This document shows positions 22,656-33,239 of a stretch of DNA of 64,000 bases, one piece after another. This DNA comes from Pelagomonas calceolata (Eukaryota). The stretch covers positions 5,642,001 through 5,706,000 of the forward strand of contig CAKKNE010000001.1 of the NCBI GenBank assembly GCA_918797485.1. The letters run 5' to 3'. Position 1 is the first letter of the stretch. Each line of letters opens with the position of its first letter. The position numbers and the translations under genes were made by a program. The notes under the pieces were generated by a model. That model was not told where the DNA came from and searched no databases. It was given only the letters and a program-made list of their open reading frames with translations.

Positions 22656-24467
22656 TCATCCGAAGAACAGCCGCGGCCGGCGGCCGGCGCGGCGGCGGCG
22701 CTGGCGCGGCGACACGACGAGCACGTCCGTGAACCACTCCGTACGTCCCACAACAGCCCTTCCGTTTGCGCCCAGCTTGCGCCAGCCGGCGTCCGTGCGC
22801 GCGCGCGCGAGGTGCGTCTGGGGCGGGAAGCCCGCCGGCCGCGCGCCCGGGGGCGCCCGGCCCCAGGCGCCGTCGACGCGCACGCCCGCCACGACCCAGA
22901 CGTCATCGCCGCCGCACTTTTGACGAGCCTCCACGGCGTCGAATGAAACGCTCCGGACGGACCGCTCGTCCGGCCCGAGCGCGTCGGCGGCGTCGGCGTG
23001 GCCCCAGCGCGCCGGCGACGCCGTCTCGTCATTGGTCGTTTTATGGGCGCGCACCAGCAGCTTTTCGACAGAGCCGCACACCGACTTGGCGTAGGCGTCG
23101 TAGCAGCCCCAATATATGGTACTGGACTCGACGCGCGCCGCGCCGCCGACGCTGAACTTGAGATCTGTCGATGACGCCCTATGAATGCAGCCTTCTTCCG
23201 TAGAATCCCGCCACGCCGCGTAGGGCTCCACGACGTCGACCGCGACGAGCGCCAATCGCACGTTCCGCGTCACGTGCCCGGGCCCCATGTCGAACAGCTT
23301 ATCCTCAGAACCAAAGAGAGAAGGAGGCCCCGCTTTAGCATTAGACGTCTCGACCAATAACATCGAACAGCGGTTCGACGCGTCGTCATAGGACGCCGTC
23401 CGCTCTCGACCATAGCCCTTGACGCTGCAGCCGCCTTTTACCGATAAAGCTGGGTCCCACGACGCGGCATACGCCCAGTCCTCCATGCCGCCGTGGACCG
23501 GGTACACGATCGAGTTCATCCTCGATTTTCGGTAGGCTCGTATGCCTAAGCCCTCGCCCGCCACCAGGGCCATCGCTCCACTGATAGCGACTTGCGACGC
23601 GTCGTCCGGTGCTAGATCTCTAGGAGGCGCCATGCGCAACCGCCTCCCATGCGAATGGAACCTCCGAGCTTGGTTGTACGTCGGCGCGCCCCACTCGTAC
23701 GCGATGGCCTCCATGCCGCCGTGGAACGTGATGCCGACTTGAAATATATGTCTTCTGAAGAGTTCGTTGACCACACGGCCCGTAGCAGACTGAGCACAAG
23801 CGGATGGCGCCGTGTCGATGGCGAAGTCGCGGTTCGTATCTATTCTAACCTCCGTTCTCTTGTGATTGGCAAAGCCCCAGGGGTTCGTGGCCGGCAGCGC
23901 GTAGACGATCCTTGTCCTGGATAAATGAGAGAGCCAGGCCAGCCGTTTGGCTGCCAATGTACCTTGGCCGAAGCTCGCCCGCTCGCCCGGCGTCAGGTGG
24001 GGGCAATTTTCGGCGCTGTGCTTGTCGGCGTGGCACGCGCTCGCGCGCGCTATTAACTTAATAGTGGCGAGCGTCGCGAGCGGCCCGACGCGCTCGTCGC
24101 CATGCAAAGCGCCGCTCAGGAAGACCTCGGCCCTCGAGGACGTGTTCGTCGGCCGGCGCTGCTCGACCGCATCCTCGCGCCGGCCCTCGTCCGCGGCGCG
24201 GCCCGCGCCGGCCTGGTGCGGCGGGAGCGAGGCGAACTCCGTCAGCACCAGCACGAAATGCTCGCAGGCGTGCTTCGCCGAGCAGCGGCCGCCGACGACG
24301 TTCGCGAGGTCGCCGTAGGCCTCGCGCCCCGTAAAGAGCCGCACGAAGCGCGGCTGCTCCCTGGCTAGAGCGATTATTTCGGATCGCATCGCGTCGTACG
24401 TTAGGTCGGCGTAGGGGGCCGCGGTTGTTGTGGCCGCTAGCAGGAGCAGCTGTGTTGGTAGCCTCAT
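22656..24467 (-). CDS. M14 zinc carboxypeptidase
   Basis: Signal peptide; HGDE, NPWG, DTNRDF, TFHGG, GGMEDWAY. Confidence 0.9.
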   Translation of the reverse strand: MRLPTQLLLLAATTTAAPYADLTYDAMRSEIIALAREQPRFVRLFTGREAYGDLANVVGGRCSAKHACEHFVLVLTEFASLPPHQAGAGRAADEGRREDAVEQRRPTNTSSRAEVFLSGALHGDERVGPLATLATIKLIARASACHADKHSAENCPHLTPGERASFGQGTLAAKRLAWLSHLSRTRIVYALPATNPWGFANHKRTEVRIDTNRDFAIDTAPSACAQSATGRVVNELFRRHIFQVGITFHGGMEAIAYEWGAPTYNQARRFHSHGRRLRMAPPRDLAPDDASQVAISGAMALVAGEGLGIRAYRKSRMNSIVYPVHGGMEDWAYAASWDPALSVKGGCSVKGYGRERTASYDDASNRCSMLLVETSNAKAGPPSLFGSEDKLFDMGPGHVTRNVRLALVAVDVVEPYAAWRDSTEEGCIHRASSTDLKFSVGGAARVESSTIYWGCYDAYAKSVCGSVEKLLVRAHKTTNDETASPARWGHADAADALGPDERSVRSVSFDAVEARQKCGGDDVWVVAGVRVDGAWGRAPPGARPAGFPPQTHLARARTDAGWRKLGANGRAVVGRTEWFTDVLVVSPRQRRRRAGRRPRLFFG

Positions 24468-24672
24468 GTTTTTGACGCTGTCGAGCTAGAGTATCCCGCG
24501 CGCGGACGTGGGCCTCAAATCGCAGCTTTTTGTGTATGAGTGCGGGGGGCCTTACGGCTGCGCCAATAACGCAGCGCTCGACGCCAGTAGTTCACACCGA
24601 TGCGGCAACGTGTTTTATTGCGCGTTTTGCTCGCAAATCGGCCACTTACGTGCTGGGCAAAGCTGAGACAGC

Positions 24673-24694
24673 CTAGCGTACATAAACGCACTAG
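24673..24694 (+). promoter_or_regulatory. CTAG-N14-CTAG motif copy (degenerate)
   Basis: ctagcgtacataaacgcactag, between divergent genes. Confidence 0.45.
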
Positions 24695-24846
24695 AAATTT
24701 TGGGTGCTGCACCAGAATCGCGCTGTACTCGCCATACGACGCTGCACGTGTCTGCAGACCATCAGTTTCTGCTACTCAGTGACCTTGCCCCAGCCCTGCG
24801 AGGGAAAACGGCATCAAATTCTGCTCCGTAGACTCTGAGAGCACCT

Positions 24847-26575
24847 ATGGCGTCTGCGGGCGACCGCTGGACCCAGAAGCCCCAATACCGCGTCGGTCTC
24901 TTGGTCCTGGAACGGAAACGTGATGGCTTCGACGTCGCCTGGGGCAAAAAGACGCGCGGCAAGTGCTGGGAAGCTTTGGTGACGATCTGCGGCAACAACG
25001 GCTACGCCCTCAAGCCGCTCAACGGCGACCACGAGCGCGTGGCCGACGACCGAAGCCTGAGGCGAGCGCTGCAGAAGGCCCACGTGGACGTGGACGTCGT
25101 CGTCGCCACGCAGCCCACGATCTCCGACGGAAGGCTGGCGGCGGTGCTCGCGCAGGCCTGCGCCGTGCCTGTTGTGCTGTGCAGTGCATAAATCTTGACC
25201 TCCACGCCATCGCCGCGACGCCAGCTCGATCCACTGCACCTGACTGACTGATTGATTTGTGCACAGGTATTGTGGGCGACGCCCGAGAACCCCGACGTGC
25301 GCGGCTCACCCGTCGGCGGCGTCTCGTCCAATTCGCTCGTGGGCACGCACTTGTTTGCGGCGACGTTGCGGCAGCTCGGAAGGCGGGACGTCGAGCTTGT
25401 ATATCAAGATCAAGACTGGACCGCGGCCGCTTCGCAATTGAGTCGCGCTATAGCTCGAGCGGCGGGCACCGCTAGGATAAAGACGGCCAAGATCGGGCTC
25501 ATTGGTCATCAGGCGCCGGGTTTTGTCGATCTACATCCAGATCCCTTCGCTTTGCACAAGACCTTCCAGGGCTGTGTTCTCGAACACGTCGGGCTCGCGG
25601 ATCTTGTACAGGCGGCGGACGGCATCGACCAGGCTAGCGTTGACGCCAGTGCATAAATCAAATTGTCGCGGCGCGTCCTCCACGCCATCGATGCGCACCC
25701 GACTCACTGGTTGATTTCCACACAGGTCGACGCGGACCGCAAAGTTAATGTGCCCGGGGCCTTCGCAGACCGAGTGGACGACGAACGATCATCGCGTCTC
25801 TACATCGCGCTCAAGCGCCTCGTTGAGGCGGAGAACTTGGATGCGATCGCGATCCGTTGCTGGCCCGAGCTGCCGCGCGACTACGGCCAGTGGCCTTATT
25901 TGGCCGTGACGCGCCTCGCCGACGAGGGCCTGCCCGTTGCATGCGAAGGAGATGTTGATGGTGCTCTGACGATGCTCTGCTGCAAGTTCCTAGGCTGCGG
26001 CGCGCCCTACATCTCGGACTGGCTCGAGCACGACCAAACGAGTTTTGTATGCTGGCACGGAGGCATGTGCCCCACGTGCCTCACGAGCGACCCCGGGGAC
26101 GGCGGAGGCCCCCGTATTCGCCCTCATTTCAATAACAAGAAGCCCGCCGTCGTCGACGCAACGCTGAAACCGGGCATGGACCTGTGTGGAAATCAACCAG
26201 TGCGTCGGGTGCGCCACGCCATCGAGCAGGCGTCGCGTCGATGGCGTGGAGGACGACGCGACGATTCAGCACGAGCGCGCCGTAAAATATGATTTCACAG
26301 GTATGGATGTAACAGTCTGCCGGTTTTGGGTCTGCGACGGCGCGTATCACGCCATGATCTGCAACGGCCGGTCCAAGCCCGCGAAACGTCCGCTGTCAGG
26401 AAATAATGGTCTTGTGCAGCTGGATCTCTCGGACCGCGGCGGCCGAGACCTCTTCGCGTGCTTCGAGGACTGGGTCATCCAGTACGGTATGCCGCACCAC
26501 GTGATCATCTGCCAGGGCCACCACAAGGCCTCGCTTGTGAAGTTCGCCGCGGCGCGGGGCGTCAAGGTCGTCTAG
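24847..26575 (+). CDS. L-fucose/L-arabinose isomerase-like protein (introns 25174-25266, 25639-25725, 26174-26300)
   Basis: QPTISDG, SNSLVG, LDAIAIRCWPE, ACEGDVDGA, WHGG and GMPHHV motifs; four exons join in frame. Confidence 0.82.
25174..25266 (+). mobile_element. Introner GT-AG intron, 93 nt, reverse orientation
   Basis: TSD GTGCTGTG/GTATTGTG; TIR cagtgcataaatc...gatttgtgcacag. Confidence 0.85.
25639..25725 (+). mobile_element. Introner GT-AG intron, 87 nt, reverse orientation
   Basis: TSD GTTGACGC/GTCGACGC; ends ttgatttccacacag. Confidence 0.9.
26174..26300 (+). mobile_element. Introner GC-AG intron, 127 nt
   Basis: TSD GCATGGAC/GTATGGAT; element starts ctgtgtggaaatcaaccagtgcgtcggg. Confidence 0.9.
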
Positions 26576-26627
26576 CTCGAAGTGTCGTGTCCTCCTCCGT
26601 CCGAGTCGATTTGTAATTTATTTATTC

Positions 26628-27494
26628 CTAGTCCTGCTTCCGGTGGTGCGTCAACGCAGAGAGCGCGCGCCCGACGCGGTTGTTCGACGCGATCTCCCCG
26701 ACGACCGCGCACGCGAAGCCCAAAAGCGCCAGCCTAATTCCCCGCTCCTCGGCGACGTGGACCGCGTGGTGGTCGAACGCGTCCGACGCGTGGGCGACGG
26801 CCACGAACGCGTGCACGAGGCAGTCGCAGGCGTCGCAGAGCGCCGCGACGCAGAAGAGCAGCGTCGTCGACCGTAATCTTTTAGTCCGCCATTCCCGTTT
26901 AGCTCTATCCAAATCGTGGTGCGCCAGGTGCGCGAGCAACCACACCCCAAACGCCGGCACGACGACACGCAGCGCCCAGAAGACCACAGGCATGCGCTTT
27001 ACAAAGCGCGCCAGCTTGGATGGCGGCGGCGGCGGCGGCGGCGCGCCGCGGCGGAAGAACCCCGCCTTTCGAGGCGCGGCGGCGGCGACGTCTTCAGTAA
27101 AGCGCGTGGCCAAGGCCTCGCCGACGTGCAAACCCTGCTCCGTGATGGCGAAGCCGGCCTTCTCCGCGACGCGATGCGCGGCCTGGTGCTCGGCGTCGTG
27201 GCCGATAAAATCTCTGAGGGATTTGGTCCAGTTCTCGCCCGAGGCGACGGCGTTCAGGTACTCGTCGCGCGACACGGTGCCGTTTTTGTCGACGTCGGCC
27301 CTGGCCACCAGTTCTCTTACTCTAGCCATGGTGATGGCTGCGTCGTGCTTCGATAGAGCTTTATAGATTTCCTCGGCGGTCAGCTCGCCGTCGCCGTCCA
27401 CGTCCATGGCGGCGAAGGCTTGTATTGCGGCGCGCTGCTCGTCCTTTGACGTTGCGCCATGGATGCGGGGTGGTTGTTGGCCCCCTTTGCCCAT
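26628..27494 (-). CDS. EF-hand calcium-binding membrane protein
   Basis: EF-hands DVDGDGELTAEE and DVDKNGTVSRDE; C-terminal TM segments. Confidence 0.85.
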   Translation of the reverse strand: MGKGGQQPPRIHGATSKDEQRAAIQAFAAMDVDGDGELTAEEIYKALSKHDAAITMARVRELVARADVDKNGTVSRDEYLNAVASGENWTKSLRDFIGHDAEHQAAHRVAEKAGFAITEQGLHVGEALATRFTEDVAAAAPRKAGFFRRGAPPPPPPPSKLARFVKRMPVVFWALRVVVPAFGVWLLAHLAHHDLDRAKREWRTKRLRSTTLLFCVAALCDACDCLVHAFVAVAHASDAFDHHAVHVAEERGIRLALLGFACAVVGEIASNNRVGRALSALTHHRKQD

Positions 27495-28009
27495 TTTGTA
27501 ATGGCTTTTGCGTTGCTGCGGCGTTGCACCTCCTGTTTGAGGCAGGTAGCTGCAGTTTTGTGCCTCTGTTCGAGGTGTGGAGCAGCTACTCGTCGTACGA
27601 TGGATCCCGCAGTATCGGATAGCGTGCGATCGGTCCACTTACGAAGCGCGGAGCGTCTATCCGCCGCATCAAACGTCACAATCATCGACAGCCTCGAACT
27701 CTAGAGCCTCAAACTCTAGAGTACGTTTCAAAAACGAGGCTTATCCGTCGCCAAGCGGCCGATCCAACCACGACGGACCTGTTCCTTCGACCTTTCCTGC
27801 GCGGAGACAGACTAAACTCACAGTCGACGTGCGACCTGTGAGTCGCGCAAAACAACAGCGCCGGAGCCTTTGTAGACTCAACAAACGCATCGCAGAGACC
27901 CACACAGCAATCGCAGCCAGCCGCCCAAGCGCCGTCGCTGCTGGACACGAGCGGCCTTATTTCAGGCCATCAAGAGAGCACACGAACTCAAATTCAAAGC
28001 GCCGCCGTC

Positions 28010-29770
28010 ATGGAGGGCCCCCTCGCCTGCCCCACCTGCCGCAAGCGGCCGCACGAGCAAGCGTGCGGCAACAAGGTCTTCGCCAAGGCGCACTGCCCCT
28101 GCTGCCTCGAGACGTGCGAGCCCGTCGTGGCCCTGCCCTGCGGCCACGCCGTCTGCGAGGACTGCTTTGGAAGACTGGGTGCCCGGTTGGTGGACGAGGC
28201 GGCGGATCCCGCGCCGGCGCTGCCGCCACAGAGAAGAGAAAGACGCTTCAGCTACGAAGAAGGCGGCACGGGCGAGGTCGTGGCCTGGGAGTGCGCCCAG
28301 TGCGACTACGTGAACGAGCTCGGCGAGCAGTTCTGTGCAAGGTGCAACAACGCGCGGATCGACGTGGGCATCGACGTCAGGGACGAAGAAGATGGGGTGG
28401 ACTCGGACGACGACTCGTCGGACGACGATGATGAAGACGACCCGTCGCTGCCCGTCCCGGCGCGCATCATGCAGGCCAAGCGGAGGCTCGCGCAGCGTCT
28501 GGAAGAAAGGGCGTCCTATATGTTGGATCTGGACGGACAGCTTTTGGCGGCGCAGCGGTCGGAGCTCGACACGTACGATTCGGACATAACCCCGGACGTG
28601 CGGCTCCAGCGCATATTGGCGCAAGTGCTGCAGGTCGAGGTGCACATCGAGGAGCTAAGAACGTTAGTGAACCGGCCGGACCCCACAGAAGCCCCGGGCC
28701 CTGTCGCGGCGGCACTAGTAAGAGCTGCGCAGGCCCTCCAGGAGGGCCGCGGGACCTGCTACGCCGACGTGCGCCGCGCCTTCGTGGCGTCGCCCGCCGA
28801 CGCCGACGCGGGGAGGATGGGCCACGGCTACGACGTCTTCGCCGCCAACGACGCCATCGAGGCCTACGTCGTCGCCGCGGCGCAGGAGATGGGGCCGGAC
28901 ATCGAGGGCGAGGTTCGCCGGTTGATGGGCGAACGCGGGCCGCGGCGCCGGCGGCGCGACGCGCCGCGCGACGGGTCGCCCGAGCCGCCCGCGCGGCGCC
29001 GCCGGACGAGACCGCCCTCGCCGTCTCCGTCTCCCTCGCCGGAGGCCCCGCCCCCGCCCCGGCGGCGACACCGCGGCATCATGCCGGCGGCCCGTATGGG
29101 TGACGATACGCCCCAGCCGTCGCCTTCGTCGTCTCCGTCGCCCCCGCCCCGGCGGCGACAGCGCCGCGGCGTGATGCCGGCGGCCCGCATGGGAGGCTTG
29201 ACGCCGCCGTCGCCGTCGCCTTCGCCGTCGCCGTCTCCAGAGCGGCGGCCGACGCGGCGGCGGGCGGCCCAGCGGCAGCCGCCACCGTCGCGGCGCCGGA
29301 ACGTCGCGTCCCTGGGGAACGGCGTGATCATGGATATGCCCAGCGAGCTGCGCGATGACCTTCAGCGGCAGTACGAGAGCGCGCAACGGCGCAGCGTGCG
29401 GGCCATGGAGCAAGCGCACGCCGCGCGGCAAGATGAATTGCCCCCCGAGCTGCGCGGGCGCCCTTGGGACGATGTGGAGGTCATCATGTGGGAAGAGGAT
29501 CAGCTTCTTGGCCGGCGGGCCGCGCAGTCGGGACCGGCGCAGTCGCCGTCCCCGTCGCCGGAGCGGCGGCCAAGGCGGCGAGCGGCCCAGCGGCAGCAGC
29601 AGCAGCAGCAGCAGCCGCCGCCGCCGCCGCCGCGCCGGCGCGACCGGTCGTCACAGCGCCGCGCACCGCCGCCGCCGCCGCCACCGACGCGCTCCCAGCG
29701 CCGCGCGCGCCGCGAGGCAGCCCCGGCACCAACTAGACCCCGGCGGTCCCGCCGAAATAATAGTTCATAA
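28010..29770 (+). CDS. RING-finger + RanBP2-type zinc-finger protein with Pro/Arg/Ser low-complexity tail
   Basis: CPCC...LPCGHAVCEDC (RING); WECAQC...FCARC. Confidence 0.75.
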   Translation: MEGPLACPTCRKRPHEQACGNKVFAKAHCPCCLETCEPVVALPCGHAVCEDCFGRLGARLVDEAADPAPALPPQRRERRFSYEEGGTGEVVAWECAQCDYVNELGEQFCARCNNARIDVGIDVRDEEDGVDSDDDSSDDDDEDDPSLPVPARIMQAKRRLAQRLEERASYMLDLDGQLLAAQRSELDTYDSDITPDVRLQRILAQVLQVEVHIEELRTLVNRPDPTEAPGPVAAALVRAAQALQEGRGTCYADVRRAFVASPADADAGRMGHGYDVFAANDAIEAYVVAAAQEMGPDIEGEVRRLMGERGPRRRRRDAPRDGSPEPPARRRRTRPPSPSPSPSPEAPPPPRRRHRGIMPAARMGDDTPQPSPSSSPSPPPRRRQRRGVMPAARMGGLTPPSPSPSPSPSPERRPTRRRAAQRQPPPSRRRNVASLGNGVIMDMPSELRDDLQRQYESAQRRSVRAMEQAHAARQDELPPELRGRPWDDVEVIMWEEDQLLGRRAAQSGPAQSPSPSPERRPRRRAAQRQQQQQQQPPPPPPRRRDRSSQRRAPPPPPPPTRSQRRARREAAPAPTRPRRSRRNNSS

Positions 29771-29781
29771 TTAGACACTTC

Positions 29782-31431
29782 TCAGACCGCGACGACGCCT
29801 CCCACCCCGGCAATCCCGTTGAAGACGTAGGTGTGGTCCACGGGCTCGTACTGCCGCGCGATGACCTTGACGGCTTCTTGGGACGCGACGCCGCCCACGA
29901 CCGACGCGACGGCGTGCAATTCAGCAGCGCCGAAGCGCGACAGTTCTTGGGCGTGCGCGTCTGCGAGCGCTTCGTTCATGGCCTCGGCCGCGCCGGCCTC
30001 CTGCACAAACGCTCTAAGCTCGTCCGCGAGTAATGACGCGTCCGCGGCCAAGGAACTCTCGTCCAGGCCCGGATACCTACCTTGTTTGACGTAGAAGCGA
30101 TCAACGGCTCGCAACCCAGCGTACCAGCAGACCGGCGCCTGGGGCTTGAGCTTGGGCTCGTCGATCTCCATGAGGCCCTCGAAAGCTACTTCTGCGAGGT
30201 TTGGTGCTACTAATTCATCAGCTAGGGATTTGGTGGACACGTGGCGCACGTCGCCGACGTGCTTGCAAACTAATGATAGTAGTTGGAGGTCCTCCTGGGA
30301 CGGTGCCCTACTAAACGCATCCTTGATTAATGTGGAGAAGTGCACCTGGACCGCTGTTAAATCACTCAAAGCCTTGTCCCGGTACAATCGCTGGAGAGCC
30401 ACGAACGAATTCGTGTCGGCGTGCATGTCGGGAATAGGACCACTTAAAGGCGGTAAACCATTATTTTCTGTGCGAAAAGCGTCGACGGCCCGCAAACAGA
30501 GCTGTTCCACGGAAGGCGGCGCGTCGCCCGACGCGGACGCGTCCGAGCCGCGCCGCGCTTTCTTGGCCACATCGCGAGCGTGGTCGAAGGCCTGCTGCGC
30601 TTCATAGGGTAATTCCCTAGGGTCGGCCCAGGCCCGGTGGGCTTCTCGTGCCGCTTCTTCGAAGTTTAACTCTGGGACGTTCGACGCTAGTTGCCTCGCA
30701 CCGGCCGCGATCAACTTGCGGAACTCCTCCTTCTCGTCTCTGGTGGAAGGCGACGCGCCGTTGTGCTGCGCGCGCCAGTTCTTCGCCGCTTTTGCCAGTA
30801 AAAGGACCCAGGGCACGTGCGCGTGCGCGTGGTCGTCTAAACTATCTAAGTCTAACGCATCCGTCATTCTATCTAATTCGGGAAACGGCTCCCTCAGCCT
30901 CAAGTCCCAGAGCTTGTTTTCTGATTTGCTTTCTACAATGTCTAGACTGCGAATCTGCAGTCTAACACTTCCCAACAACCCGTAGGTCCTGCAAACAACT
31001 AAAGGTAGATTCGCCGCCCAGCACAGCTCGCCGAGCTGTTGTAGGGTTTGAGGATCCACTTGAGCCGCCACAACTAAAGAATGCTGCCGGATGAACTGGG
31101 GCTCCTTGCTCACGAGGTCAGAAACGCGCGCGACGCGATGGGCGCCCCTCACATCCGGATTTAACTCAGCAAGTAGTTCCGCCGTCGCCGCCGCGCGCGG
31201 CCGTCCGACGTCGCTCTTCCTCACAAAGAAATTGTTGCCCGTGTCGCGCTCTTCGACCTTTTCGCCGTCGACGACCGTGAACCGGCCGACGCCCGGCAAG
31301 ACCAAGTTCTTGAGCGTCTCCGTGCCGGCGGGACCCGCTCCTAGCAATAAGACGTGGGCCTCGCTCAGGGCTTTTTGGCCCTGCGCGCCCCACAGTCGTA
31401 ATTGGCGGTCGTATTTATTATCCGTGGCCAT
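29782..31431 (-). CDS. NAE1: NEDD8-activating enzyme E1 regulatory subunit (APPBP1/ULA1/AXR1)
   Basis: KYDRQLRLWGAQGQ, GTETLKNLVLPG, GPIPDM.ADT, GGVASQEAVK. Confidence 0.95.
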   Translation of the reverse strand: MATDNKYDRQLRLWGAQGQKALSEAHVLLLGAGPAGTETLKNLVLPGVGRFTVVDGEKVEERDTGNNFFVRKSDVGRPRAAATAELLAELNPDVRGAHRVARVSDLVSKEPQFIRQHSLVVAAQVDPQTLQQLGELCWAANLPLVVCRTYGLLGSVRLQIRSLDIVESKSENKLWDLRLREPFPELDRMTDALDLDSLDDHAHAHVPWVLLLAKAAKNWRAQHNGASPSTRDEKEEFRKLIAAGARQLASNVPELNFEEAAREAHRAWADPRELPYEAQQAFDHARDVAKKARRGSDASASGDAPPSVEQLCLRAVDAFRTENNGLPPLSGPIPDMHADTNSFVALQRLYRDKALSDLTAVQVHFSTLIKDAFSRAPSQEDLQLLSLVCKHVGDVRHVSTKSLADELVAPNLAEVAFEGLMEIDEPKLKPQAPVCWYAGLRAVDRFYVKQGRYPGLDESSLAADASLLADELRAFVQEAGAAEAMNEALADAHAQELSRFGAAELHAVASVVGGVASQEAVKVIARQYEPVDHTYVFNGIAGVGGVVAV

Positions 31432-31692
31432 TGGTCTCTTTTTTTGTCTCTGCGAGCTGTTTGGCGCTGCCGCGCGTGGATCCCGGTCTTGGAATTGATG
31501 CGGTGCGGCCGCGCGCGCGTGGAAGGCAGCGAGGGTCACAGACAGCTTCGTCGGCGACGCGCCAGCGAGGAGAGCAGGCACGCAGCGATCTGATGCGGAC
31601 CTTGCAGAGACGTGTCTGGACGATGCGCGCGCACGTAGATGCACCGCTGTGGGTCCTAAACGCTGCGAGTCGCGCCGCGCTTTTTGTAATCG

Positions 31693-31714
31693 TTAGCGGC
31701 TTGAAAGACACTAG
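31693..31714 (+). promoter_or_regulatory. CTAG-N14-CTAG motif copy
   Basis: ttagcggcttgaaagacactag, upstream of NAE1. Confidence 0.55.
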
Positions 31715-31741
31715 CAAGCAAAGTCTATCGAGGGCGAGCTG

Positions 31742-32970
31742 TTACGCCGACGTCGAAGATGCACGCGAGTCGTCGCGTGACCCACCACTCGCCCGCCGCC
31801 CGCGCCGCCGGCCCCGCGAGCCGTCGGACGAGTAGCGCCGCCGCATGGCCAGGACGCCCGCCGCGACGCGGTCGATGCCCTTCGAGAGGCGCTTCTGGAG
31901 GAGCTCGTCGAGCGCCTTGAGCAGTAACGCCAGCAACACGAGGCCCAACAACGACGACGCGGCGAATAAGAGGTATTGGCCCACGACATCCGCATACGTC
32001 GTATCGTGGTGGAGAAACGGTGGTGCGAAATCCCCCAGGCCCACCGTCGTGAACGTGATGACGGCGAAGTACGCCGCGTTGCCGAAGGTAATTCCGAGCC
32101 ACCACGACGTTACCACGGTGACGAAGAGGATATACCCTGCATTCCAAATCAACGCCTGGACGAATATGTGCCAGTTCGTCGTCTCGCTTCCAATCTTGTC
32201 GCAGCGGACCTTGCGGTCGATCCACGCCACGAGCGCGAGGAGGTGGTCGCCGAGGATCGATAGGATAAACCTGGCGTGGAGATCGAGGCGATCGTTCATA
32301 TACGCCGCAGTAAATGTTGATTTCGCACAGGCATAAACGCGAACCAGGCAATCCCGACGATGGCGATGTAGCACGTCAGCGCCTTGCCGGCTGTCGTCTG
32401 CGGGGCGAACGAGCCGTATCCGATCGTCGTCACGACGGTCGCCACGAAATAGAGCGATCCTGCCGCGGACCAGTAGTACTGCGACGGCACGGCGAGGTCG
32501 CAGTTGTCGTCCACGCGCGTCTTCAGCTCTCGCGTGAGCTCGGCCATTTGCGTGTCGTTCCTCGCCTCGAAGCTCGCGATGATGGCGTCGAGGTCGCTGT
32601 TGATCTGCTTCTCGCGGCGCTTCGCCCGTCGCCGGTGCTTTCTTTCATGCGGTTTCTCGACGCTCCACATCATCGCGGCAGCTATCACGCAGCCGCTCAA
32701 AAAGAGCAGACAATGGACGGCCACAGCGGTCCTTTTCCACCGCGGGCCTTTGAACATGAGCCGCGGCGCTTCCGGCTCCACGGCGGCGGGCGCCGGCATG
32801 GCCGCCGCGCCGGCGGCCGCGGGCTCGTCCGATCCGTGCCGCGATCCCTCCGGCGTGTGGAGTGGGCTTATCAGGGTGTTATTCCCGTCCGGCGCCGACG
32901 CGGCGAGCGCGATCTGGACTGATTCGGCGGCCGTCTCACCCTCCTGCGGTTTGGTGAGATTTTGGAGCAT
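31742..32970 (-). CDS. Two-pore-domain potassium channel (intron 32271-32338)
   Basis: Pore loops TTIGYGSFAP and TTVGLGDFAP; splicing gives GIAWFAFILSILGD. Confidence 0.88.
32271..32338 (-). mobile_element. Truncated introner GT-AG intron, 68 nt
   Basis: TSD GTTTATGC/GTTTATCC; left TIR ctgtgcgaaatcaac; acceptor ctccacgccag. Confidence 0.8.
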
Positions 32971-33239
32971 TTTAAATGTTTTGAGCTCAGGCGGCTTTTG
33001 CAGGCCTGGAAGACGGGATTTTCGCGCGACGATTACGCTCGGTCGTCCTCAAGTTCACCAAACCCTACGCGCAATCAGGCACGCGCACTAAATACATGTA
33101 TGGTAAAGTTATGGTATATGGTATGGTATCATTGGTATGACAATTCTTACACAACGGATTCACTCAGTCCCGGAAAAAGGCTAGAGGCGAGGAAGGAACT
33201 TTGGTAGCCACACGACGCCAGTCGACGCGTCGCACACAA

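Noticed and set aside
27694..27721. Direct repeat aactctagag twice as another CTAG motif copy
   Set aside because: It lacks the CG/CA inner bases and has a shorter spacer, so it was not counted.
29520..29700. CAG and CCG triplet runs
   Set aside because: Ordinary poly-Gln/Pro coding low complexity.
32296..32340. Apparent 35-nt duplication-bounded intron (gcgtttatg...gcgtatatg)
   Set aside because: No AG acceptor; the 68-nt model 32271-32338 has GT-AG, a 7/8 TSD and restores the TM helix.
33100..33139. ATGGT(AT) short repeats
   Set aside because: Short, irregular, single-locus low-complexity sequence with no supporting structure.
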